DNA of 64,000 bases from a virus. Its lineage: Duplodnaviria > Caudoviricetes. Shown here one piece after another: positions 8,534 to 15,508 of the stretch. The number at the start of each line of letters is the position of its first letter. The stretch's first letter is position 1. The notes beneath the pieces are model-generated. The model did not search any database and was not told where the DNA came from. It was given only the letters and a program-made list of their open reading frames with translations. Where the stretch lies: positions 1-64,000 of IMG/VR virus record IMGVR_UViG_2667527228_000001. One strand, 5' to 3'. The position numbers and the translations under genes were made by a program.

Positions 8534-8573
8534 CGAAGTTCATGTTGAATGCGTTGTTGGCGGAGCGCTGCGA
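8469..8573 (-). repeat. DGR template repeat (TR)
   Basis: 105 bp with 10 AAY codons in the VR frame; matches both VRs except at adenines. Confidence 0.97.
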
Positions 8574-8744
8574 CCTATCGTGCTATCTACGTCGCCACAC
8601 CGAAGGCAAAGCCGATCGGCGAGGAAACTGCGCGGGACCTGCGCGGACGCTTTAGACCGTCGGTATCCCTGATGCGCATGGCGGTGACCCAGAGGTCAGC
8701 GGCACGACCAGATTCAATTCGCACAGACCTGAAAGCCGTGACTC

Positions 8745-9101
8745 TCAGGTGGCGGGCGCGGTTGGGGTGGAGCGTTTCCAGGCATTCGCCTGTTTGCCAA
8801 TCGAGGTTGTGACCTCTATTGCATTGGCATGCTGCGGGACGCTGATGAATCGACTTTCTTTGAATAGCCGCATCAAGAACTCGATCACCTGGACCTTTTC
8901 AACCAACAAGGTCAGGTGTGGGCGCTTGTCCGGGGTCGAATTGGCCCGGGCAATCAACATCAGCACGTCGATGCACTCATCGATCACGCGCTTCCCGAGA
9001 GACTGCTTCAGATCTCGGGGTATGTTGCGGGTGAGGTTCGTGGCCATCTGAAGCAGGCCAAGCGAAGCCTTGTAGATTTGCAAGTCCGTGTGCATCGCCA
9101 T
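8745..9101 (-). CDS. avd: DGR accessory variability determinant (four-helix bundle)
   Basis: 118 aa, basic and helical; IPRDLKQSLG...IGKQANAW pattern; lies between the targets and the TR. Confidence 0.88.
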   Translation of the reverse strand: MAMHTDLQIYKASLGLLQMATNLTRNIPRDLKQSLGKRVIDECIDVLMLIARANSTPDKRPHLTLLVEKVQVIEFLMRLFKESRFISVPQHANAIEVTTSIGKQANAWKRSTPTAPAT

Positions 9102-9122
9102 GGGCGCGCTCTCCAAGAGCAA

Positions 9123-9140
9123 CCGGCCGCAAGCGGCCGG
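9123..9140. promoter_or_regulatory. GC hairpin/cruciform downstream of VR1 (DGR homing element)
   Basis: CCGGCCGC-AA-GCGGCCGG perfect inverted repeat 14 nt past the target stop. Confidence 0.75.
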
Positions 9141-9154
9141 ATTAAATAAACGAA

Positions 9155-9775
9155 TTAATCAATCAATTGACTGCGGACGGGGCGGACGCGGAGCTCGATG
9201 ACCTTGCCGAAGCTGTACTGACCGCCACCATCGAAGTGCATGACGAATGCGTCGTTGGCGGAGCGCTGCGAACTCGACCAGTACCAGGTGGGCTTGAAGG
9301 CTTCAGCGCCACCAACCTGGAAGGCTTCCAGCGTGGTCTGTGTTGGCGAATCTTCGGTGTGCAGCAGGCCAACAGGCTCGCTGTTTGGGTTGTCGCCGCT
9401 GCGCCCATACTGCCAGTTCGCTTCCGTGGTCGGTTTGAAGTGGCGGTACTGCAACTCCTGCTGATCGCGTGCCGGGATCGCCCAGTCATCGTAACCACCG
9501 ATGCGCAGTGCCAGAGCCTTCTGAGCCAACTCGCTGCCAGCGGCGGCCATGGCCTCGGTATTGGCCCGGCCATTGGTGAAGCTGTCAGCGCCCTCGATCT
9601 TCTCGCCGTATTTGCCCCAGGCACCGATCAATTCGTGCTCGGCGCCGGCGGTGATGTTCAGATAGCGCTTGCCGGTGTCCGGGTCGCGGGTGATGCCGGA
9701 GAAGAAGCCGCCGCCATAGGGCTGGCCGATTGCGGGGAGGGTCACTACTGGTGCTGCTTGAGCTGCTGCGGTCAT
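9155..9775 (-). CDS. DGR target protein 1 (DUF1566/CLec-like)
   Basis: WAIPARDQ, WYWSSSQ and VRPVR motifs; C-terminal VR1. Confidence 0.92.
   Translation of the reverse strand: MTAAAQAAPVVTLPAIGQPYGGGFFSGITRDPDTGKRYLNITAGAEHELIGAWGKYGEKIEGADSFTNGRANTEAMAAAGSELAQKALALRIGGYDDWAIPARDQQELQYRHFKPTTEANWQYGRSGDNPNSEPVGLLHTEDSPTQTTLEAFQVGGAEAFKPTWYWSSSQRSANDAFVMHFDGGGQYSFGKVIELRVRPVRSQLID
9170..9271 (-). repeat. Variable repeat VR1
   Basis: 15 internal mismatches to TR plus one at the 3' edge, all at TR adenines. Confidence 0.97.
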
Positions 9776-9801
9776 GGGTCTTTCCTCTTTTCGAAGGCAA
9801 C

Positions 9802-9830
9802 AAAAAAGGCGCTGCTGCGCCCGGTGCCGG
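9802..9830 (-). terminator. Hairpin plus U-tract between the two targets
   Basis: CCGGCACCGGGCGC-AGCA-GCGCC-TTTTTT on the minus strand. Confidence 0.5.
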
Positions 9831-9853
9831 ATCAAGAACGAATGAATGAAGGA

Positions 9854-10456
9854 TTAAATGAAGAATCTGCGGACGGGGCGGACGCGGAGCTCGTTGCTCT
9901 TGCCGTAGTTGCCCTGAAGGCCATCACCGAAGAGCATGACGAATGCGCCGTAGGCGGAGCGCTGCGAACTCGACCAGTACCAGCAGTCCTGGGCGAACAC
10001 CTCGGGACAGTTCAGCCAGCCCTGATACAGTTCGGCAGCGGCCGGCAGGAAGAAGTCGCTGTGCCCGTCGGCCGCGTAATCGTCAGCGGCATTTGCCGCA
10101 GGATGATCACCGTCGGCCAGTAGGATCAGGCTGTTTGCGTGGCCATCCGTCTTGCTGGTGGCGCCTGAATCCTTCCCGCGATTGCCCCATTCATGGTTGC
10201 CAACGTCTTTTTCGGCGAAGATCAGGTAGTGGGCGGGAACATCGCCGCGCGCTGAGACGAAACCGCCATTGATGCCGCCTTGGCCCGGCCAGTACTCGCC
10301 GACGGCGGGAATGGCGGAAGGCGCAATCGGCTGAACATTCGCTACCGGTGGCAGCGCCTGGGTGAGCAGGCCGGCGATCAGCAGTTGGGCCATCCGATCG
10401 GACGGTCCCTTTATCTTGAAGTCGTCAATCTTGATTGAAGCTGTTTTGGCTTTCAT
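9854..10456 (-). CDS. DGR target protein 2 (DUF1566/CLec-like)
   Basis: FFLPAAAELY, WYWSSSQ and VRPVR motifs; C-terminal VR2. Confidence 0.92.
   Translation of the reverse strand: MKAKTASIKIDDFKIKGPSDRMAQLLIAGLLTQALPPVANVQPIAPSAIPAVGEYWPGQGGINGGFVSARGDVPAHYLIFAEKDVGNHEWGNRGKDSGATSKTDGHANSLILLADGDHPAANAADDYAADGHSDFFLPAAAELYQGWLNCPEVFAQDCWYWSSSQRSAYGAFVMLFGDGLQGNYGKSNELRVRPVRRFFI
9863..9967 (-). repeat. Variable repeat VR2
   Basis: 15 mismatches to TR, all at TR adenines. Confidence 0.97.
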
Positions 10457-10478
10457 AGTGAAACCTCACAGGGTGAAA

Positions 10479-10790
10479 TTATTCGTCATGGGCGATGCGC
10501 AAGGCTTCGCGGTCGTGGGCGAGTTTCAATTTCCGCGACACGTTTTCGGGTATCACGTATTTGTGTCGCGGCGGGGTGAGCAGGGGAAGGGATCCGCCCG
10601 GGCCAAGGCCGTGCAGGTGGTGAATCATTAGGGTGATGGCCTCGCCCTGTTCCTCGATGCCGCTCCAGGCCATCAGTTCAGCAAGGGCTTGGCGAGTGCC
10701 GGGAAGGCAGTGCAGCCTGATTTCCTCTTCGCCGCGCTCCTTCCTCTTCGCCGAGGCTTTCGCTGAGCGATCCGCATTGCTCTTGGCCAT
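10479..10790 (-). CDS. Hypothetical phage protein
   Basis: GAGG RBS; basic N-terminus; possibly DNA-binding. Confidence 0.7.
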   Translation of the reverse strand: MAKSNADRSAKASAKRKERGEEEIRLHCLPGTRQALAELMAWSGIEEQGEAITLMIHHLHGLGPGGSLPLLTPPRHKYVIPENVSRKLKLAHDREALRIAHDE

Positions 10791-10875
10791 GGCCTGCCTC
10801 TTCAATTCCGTGGGCCGGTATATCCAGCCATGTCTGTCTTCGGCGCTGGCGCACCTGGTTGCTGATGCGCTTCAT
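10678..10875 (-). CDS. Small Arg-rich peptide (MKRISNQVRQRRRQ)
   Basis: Start coupled to the upstream stop; similar N-terminus at 55288-55425. Confidence 0.45.
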   Translation of the reverse strand: MKRISNQVRQRRRQTWLDIPAHGIEEAGHGQEQCGSLSESLGEEEGARRRGNQAALPSRHSPSPC

Positions 10876-11228
10876 GCTGATGCCGGGAAGTCGAGCGAGA
10901 AGTCGGCGATCAACCGCCGGCACAACGTTTCGCTGATTTCCAGATGTCTGCTGGCCTTGTAGCGCGTCATGCCAGCGGCCTTGCACTCCATCAGCTGGGC
11001 GGCCAGCGCCGCTCTGTCCTCATCACCGATGACCCGGCCGCGCTTGCTCTTCTGCGCCTCGATCGTCCGGTAGCCGTAGGCTGGCTTTGGCGCCTGCACG
11101 ACGCCCGGGCTGTCCTTGCCAACGCCGGTCGGAATCAGTTGAGCCTGGCCACCAGAGGCAAAAAAGGCAGCTTTCGCCGCCTCCAATGCACTTTGCCGCT
11201 CAAGGGCTTTTTCGATTGCTGGGTCCAT
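10872..11228 (-). CDS. Hypothetical phage protein with C-terminal HTH
   Basis: FFASGG motif; TRYKASRHLEISE HTH-like. Confidence 0.7.
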   Translation of the reverse strand: MDPAIEKALERQSALEAAKAAFFASGGQAQLIPTGVGKDSPGVVQAPKPAYGYRTIEAQKSKRGRVIGDEDRAALAAQLMECKAAGMTRYKASRHLEISETLCRRLIADFSLDFPASA

Positions 11229-11229
11229 A

Positions 11230-11664
11230 TCAAGATGCTCGTGAGTTGAGGGTGATGCCGTGGTAGCGGGCGATGCGCCGCAGGACAATGCGACCAATGC
11301 CGAGTTGCTCGGCGATTGCCATCTGGCTCATGTTGGCCTTGGCCATCCGCCGAATGCGCGGTACCAGCTTCGCCTCTTCCTTGCGGCGCTCCTCCAGGGT
11401 GGCACTGGTGGGCGTGGCGAACTTGATGCCGTACAGCGCGGCGATGTAGTTGATGGTTCGGGTGGATTTGCCCAGGCCCTTGGCTGCGGCGCAGACGCCG
11501 AGTGTGGTGTAACCACGAATCGCGTCGACCAGGTCGGCATCGATTGGCGGTACCGCCACACATAAAGGGTCTGGATAGGCCCTGAAGGAATCGGCGATGA
11601 CCTGCACCTGGCCGCCGGAGGCTTCGAACTTACTGATGGCTTGCTGGAGTTCGGCAGGGGTCAT
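11230..11664 (-). CDS. HTH DNA-binding phage protein
   Basis: FEASGG motif; SQMAIAEQLGIG HTH. Confidence 0.7.
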   Translation of the reverse strand: MTPAELQQAISKFEASGGQVQVIADSFRAYPDPLCVAVPPIDADLVDAIRGYTTLGVCAAAKGLGKSTRTINYIAALYGIKFATPTSATLEERRKEEAKLVPRIRRMAKANMSQMAIAEQLGIGRIVLRRIARYHGITLNSRAS

Positions 11665-11671
11665 GGCAGCC

Positions 11672-12235
11672 TCACTTGATCCGGATCGAACTGTCGCCGC
11701 GCTCCAAGTGTGCGTAGGCAGGCTCTTCGATGAGTTCATGTTCCGCGTCTTCGCCGGCGGCCATGCGCTTGCGCACTGCTTCGTTGTGCTCGCGGATTTC
11801 CTTGAGTTTCGCGGCAATCGCGGTCTTGTCCGGGGCGATGCTGGACTTCACGACCGTCAGTTCATCTGGAACGGCGTCCTCGTTGTCGACGATAACTTTC
11901 TCGCGGCCGGCGGCAAGGGTGATGGTGAACAGTGGTCGCTTGATCGTCTTGATGTTCGCGGCTTCCATGTTCCGGCGCAGGTAGTCGCTGATCTGCGTGA
12001 CACTGTTCGACTTGATGCGCTTGAGTTCGGCCAAGCGCTCGATCTCGTTGTCGATGGCGGTTACGTCGCTTTCGATGTTCCGGCGCAGCATGACGATGTT
12101 GTCGGCCTTCTCGTTGAAGTCGCCGGCGATCTCGTCCATGGCGTGCTGCAGGGCCTCTTTCAGGCCCTCATCATCGGTGTCGGCCATGGCCTGAAGTTCG
12201 GCGAGCTTGCCGGTGAGTGCGTAGAGCTGGGTCAT
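11672..12235 (-). CDS. Siphovirus Gp157-family protein
   Basis: LYALT N-terminus, coiled coil, PDKTAI...AHLERGDSSIRIK C-terminus; next to the recombinase. Confidence 0.85.
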   Translation of the reverse strand: MTQLYALTGKLAELQAMADTDDEGLKEALQHAMDEIAGDFNEKADNIVMLRRNIESDVTAIDNEIERLAELKRIKSNSVTQISDYLRRNMEAANIKTIKRPLFTITLAAGREKVIVDNEDAVPDELTVVKSSIAPDKTAIAAKLKEIREHNEAVRKRMAAGEDAEHELIEEPAYAHLERGDSSIRIK

Positions 12236-12969
12236 GCTGCGTTCTCCTTACCAGCATTGAGCGATGCTTGTCGCTCTTCAAATGCGCGAGTTATCCGGGC
12301 GATGAAAGTCGGCTCATTGCGCCGAGTCGCCTCCCGGATGTATTTGACGTTCAGCATTTTCAGCTCATGACTAGTCACGGCCTTGCCGATTGTTTCGACT
12401 GCTGAGTTGAGCCAATCCAGACGCTCCTGCTTCTGACGCAGGATCTCGGCATCCTTGTCTGCGGCTTGCTCGATGGCCTGCTCCTCTTTGAGCTGGTCGA
12501 CGTAGGTCTGGTCGTCAAACAGGCCAAGGAACACGTCGGCGCTGAAGCCGAGCATCGACAGGGCCTTCTTGATGGCGTCGGTCAGCGATTTCTTTGGCGC
12601 CTCGCCATCAGTCGTCATGCCGTAGCTGGTCTTGTACTGATAGCGGGTGCAGCCATACTGCTCGATCTCGCCGCGCTGGCCGTCCTGCATAAACCAAAGG
12701 GCAATTTTTACCGTGTGCCCGATCTCGCGACCGATGCATGCGCGCTTGTCGCCTTCGCCGGTGAAGATTTCGTGCCCCTCATCGAAGCGTTCTTCGATAA
12801 TCTTCCAGCCCCAGCCGATGCCGACCGGACCAAACAGCTCGGTGGCCTTCATGACCATCGCGGTACCGCTCAGGCTGGTAATGTCCTGCCCGTTGACCTT
12901 GGCTTTCTTGGTGAACCGGGTGTCGGTCTTCTCGACCTGGCCCCAGATCCGCATATTCTGTTCGGACAT
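12232..12969 (-). CDS. Single-strand annealing recombinase (Rad52/Sak-like)
   Basis: FGPVGIGWG and KKSLTDAIKKALSMLG motifs; recombination module position. Confidence 0.65.
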   Translation of the reverse strand: MSEQNMRIWGQVEKTDTRFTKKAKVNGQDITSLSGTAMVMKATELFGPVGIGWGWKIIEERFDEGHEIFTGEGDKRACIGREIGHTVKIALWFMQDGQRGEIEQYGCTRYQYKTSYGMTTDGEAPKKSLTDAIKKALSMLGFSADVFLGLFDDQTYVDQLKEEQAIEQAADKDAEILRQKQERLDWLNSAVETIGKAVTSHELKMLNVKYIREATRRNEPTFIARITRAFEERQASLNAGKENAA

Positions 12970-12982
12970 GATTGCTCTCCAG

Positions 12983-13288
12983 TTACAGGCCGGTGCGCGC
13001 GCCATCCAGCTTTTGAGGCCAGAAGTCGAAGGCGAATGCGGAAAGGGCCATGTGCATTTTGTTGGCTTGCTCGCGACCTGGTCGGCGCAGTTCGTCTTGC
13101 AGGAAGCACCACTGCATCTCGCCGAAGCCGTACGCGTGCGGGCTGGATGCCTCGATGTGATTGGCGAGCGACTCGAAGAAGTCAGCCTGTTGCTGGGTGT
13201 CCATCCCCCAAAATGCTTTGGCGAGAATTTCCGGCGTGATCTCTACGGCAAAGTCGGAAACGGTTACTTCAACCGGTGAATTTTCCAT
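12983..13288 (-). CDS. Hypothetical phage protein
   Basis: AAGGA RBS; 101 aa. Confidence 0.7.
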   Translation of the reverse strand: MENSPVEVTVSDFAVEITPEILAKAFWGMDTQQQADFFESLANHIEASSPHAYGFGEMQWCFLQDELRRPGREQANKMHMALSAFAFDFWPQKLDGARTGL

Positions 13289-13331
13289 GGGTGATCCTTG
13301 CCGCGACGTGCGCAGCGATTGAAGGTGTGAG

Positions 13332-13448
13332 TTATTGAGTGACGCGATCAGCCAAAGCGCTGATCAGCATCCAGATGGTGAAGAAGGCGATGGCGGGGAA
13401 GCTGCCGCGCCAGATCAGCAGCCGACGTGCACGCTGGTGACTGGTCAT
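13332..13448 (-). CDS. 38-aa single-TM micro-protein
   Basis: MTSHQRARRLLIW...; ATGA coupling. Confidence 0.6.
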   Translation of the reverse strand: MTSHQRARRLLIWRGSFPAIAFFTIWMLISALADRVTQ

Positions 13449-13558
13449 CGCGACACCGCCATCGGCAACTGGGCCTGCAAATGAATCTCGCGCATTTCGG
13501 CGTACATGCCCCACCAGAAGACAGTGAAGACAACGAGCAGCCAGTAGAAGGGCTTCAT
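13445..13558 (-). CDS. 37-aa hydrophobic micro-protein
   Basis: MKPFYWLLVVFTVFWWGM...; GGAGGT RBS; TGATG coupling. Confidence 0.6.
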   Translation of the reverse strand: MKPFYWLLVVFTVFWWGMYAEMREIHLQAQLPMAVSR

Positions 13559-13692
13559 CAATCACCTCCCCAGTATTGAAGCGGGACGAACGTGTACTGC
13601 TCCTGACCGTGGTGGCGTACTCGCCAGTATTCGAGGTCAATACGGTTCAGCAGCTCTTGAAAGGTGTAGGAGCGGGTAGCCAGGCGCTTCAC
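13558..13692 (-). CDS. 44-aa micro-protein
   Basis: GTGA coupling to the upstream ORF. Confidence 0.55.
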   Translation of the reverse strand: MKRLATRSYTFQELLNRIDLEYWRVRHHGQEQYTFVPLQYWGGD

Positions 13693-13823
13693 GACAGCCT
13701 CACAACCAGCATGCCGCGCCGGACCTGAACCTTGATGCGCTTTGGCAAATCAGTGACCAGAAAAAAGCCCTGACGATTCAGGGCTTCGGTCATTGCTTTG
13801 GCGTTTCTCGCGATGATGGTCAT
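13689..13823 (-). CDS. 44-aa micro-protein
   Basis: GGAG RBS; ATGA coupling. Confidence 0.55.
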   Translation of the reverse strand: MTIIARNAKAMTEALNRQGFFLVTDLPKRIKVQVRRGMLVVRLS

Positions 13824-14047
13824 GACGCTCTCCCGAGTGCTTGTGCTCTGCCTTCTGATTGAGCCTCGTAGATTCGATTGAGGCGAAGATTGTAGGTGCG
13901 ATGTTCGTCCATACAGATCGCGCCGAGTGAGTGAGCCATTTCAATGGCCATGCTCGTTTCGGCATGCAGGGTGGCAGTTGAGTTGCCGGCGTTCAGCGCC
14001 TCGAAGCGCGAATCAATCATGCCGACGGCGATATCATGCTTGCTCAT
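13820..14047 (-). CDS. Hypothetical phage protein
   Basis: MSKHDIAV...; GGAGG RBS; coupled. Confidence 0.65.
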   Translation of the reverse strand: MSKHDIAVGMIDSRFEALNAGNSTATLHAETSMAIEMAHSLGAICMDEHRTYNLRLNRIYEAQSEGRAQALGRAS

Positions 14048-14361
14048 GCTGCCTCCCAGTCGCCGTAATCGCGGTCTTCGTAGTCGCAGGCATCCTCCCG
14101 CTCTGCGGCAACTTGCTCCCACAGCTTTTCCTCGATCTCTTCGGCCAGGCGCTCGGCAATCGCAGCACAACCGTTCTTGCCGATATCCACGACGTTGTCG
14201 CTCTCGTCGTAGGTGTAACCAGAGACGATTTCGAACTCCATTTCGCTGTAGCCGTAGTAATCGTCCGGACTAGCCCAAGACGTTGGATCGCCCTTCACTG
14301 AAACGCAGTGCGTTACGTTGCACTGGAGGACGAACTCCTCGATGGTCACTTCGTAGGTCAT
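14044..14361 (-). CDS. Acidic hypothetical phage protein
   Basis: MTYEVTIEE...; GGAGG RBS. Confidence 0.7.
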   Translation of the reverse strand: MTYEVTIEEFVLQCNVTHCVSVKGDPTSWASPDDYYGYSEMEFEIVSGYTYDESDNVVDIGKNGCAAIAERLAEEIEEKLWEQVAAEREDACDYEDRDYGDWEAA

Positions 14362-14601
14362 GGTCGCCTCCAGATCGGCGGGGTGTTTATCCAAGTCCAC
14401 TCGAAAGCACTCAGCTGCCCGCTCTATGCCGTTGGGCGCAGGGGTGAGTGCTTGCGGGTGAGGTGGAGGGGGAAGGGGATGCAGGGGGCCGCGTTGCGCG
14501 GTGTGGACTCTTCCGCATCGGTTTGCACTCAACCCAAGCTACTTATGGGCGGCCTGCCAGCCACGTTATGGCAGTAACGCTGAGTGCAAACCGATGCGCT
14601 C

Positions 14602-14799
14602 TCATAGAGAGGATCGGGCGGCAGCCTTGCAATCGGCTGCCGTCATTCGAAGTCCGTCTTCGCACTCAACAACACGCACGCCGCTGGTGAGTCCGCGTTC
14701 AGCGTTGAGCCTGTTCGCCTCTCGGATGCAGGCATTCAGGTCGGCGTCGGCGAAGACCTGCAGCTCACCGCGCAGGGTGATGTGAATGACCTTGTTCAT
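14602..14799 (-). CDS. Hypothetical phage protein, first gene of the leftward operon
   Basis: GGAG RBS; 65 aa. Confidence 0.65.
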   Translation of the reverse strand: MNKVIHITLRGELQVFADADLNACIREANRLNAERGLTSGVRVVECEDGLRMTAADCKAAARSSL

Positions 14800-15293
14800 C
14801 GTCTTGCTCCGGTTGGTTGATTTCCCGTCTGGCCCTATTGCGAAGGCCTATCGGTGAAATCCCGGTCACGCTACTGGCGTCAGACCGGGGTTGTTGCTTC
14901 AGCGGTGTTAGCCAGTTGCCCGCTGCTGATTGCAGGGCTGGCCGTCGTCTTCGTGGGTGGGCTTCGAGCTTCCTACCATGGTGTCAATCAGCATCTGTTC
15001 GCCATGGGTCACAGGTCCTTACAACATGCACGCTACAGCTCTGAATGCCCGATTGAATGGGGCAGGGTGCATGAGGTCCGGCGTTCCCAGCCGAGGCTAT
15101 CGGGACCGCTAATTCTTGAATTCGGTGCTTCATCTCTCAGGCCCGGCTCGCTCACACCGGATCACGCTTCCCACATCGCTTGGGGCCTGCGTGCCACTTG
15201 GATGACAGCTTCAGGGCTGTCACACCTGATCGCAGCCGTCGCACTTGTTGTGCTGGCTGGCCTGCTATGCCTGCAGGCTCGGCGGTCTATCAA

Positions 15294-15325
15294 TGTTAAA
15301 GAGCGGTCGGGGCTTCTTCAGGCCC
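15294..15325 (-). promoter_or_regulatory. boxA (CGCTCTTTAACA) with an upstream boxB-like hairpin
   Basis: Consensus boxA just downstream of the pL region; GGGCCTGAAGAAGCCC hairpin. Confidence 0.6.
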
Positions 15326-15361
15326 TGGCGCCTCGTTGTTCTGTGGCGTTGAGACAAATCT

Positions 15362-15450
15362 ACAACCTGAAGTTACAGCGCGCAAGTGTTTAGGTTGTAA
15401 ATTTTTCGAAGAAAAGTTGTAGTCATGAAAAATCAGTAACTTAAAGTTGT
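15362..15450. promoter_or_regulatory. OL operators of prophage 1 (YAAC-N5-GTTR)
   Basis: ACAACCTGAAGTTAC, GTAACTTAAAGTTGT and GTTGT half-sites. Confidence 0.65.
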
Positions 15451-15461
15451 TTTTGAGGGCG

Positions 15462-15487
15462 AAAAAAAGCCCGCTGGATGGCGGGCT
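15462..15487 (-). terminator. Rho-independent terminator after cI
   Basis: AGCCCGC-CATCCA-GCGGGCT followed by a T run. Confidence 0.75.
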
Positions 15488-15508
15488 ATCGCTGAAATGG
15501 AGGCTACA

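Noticed and set aside
8469-9967. Three ~105-bp repeats as a CRISPR array or plain duplication
   Set aside because: Too long and irregularly spaced, no cas genes, and mismatches fall only at adenines.
9167-10123. 318-aa plus-strand ORF across the DGR targets
   Set aside because: Antisense shadow of two real genes in GC-rich DNA; no recognisable motifs.
14854-15393. 179-aa plus-strand ORF in the pL leader
   Set aside because: No RBS or motifs, and it is antisense to boxA and leader structures.
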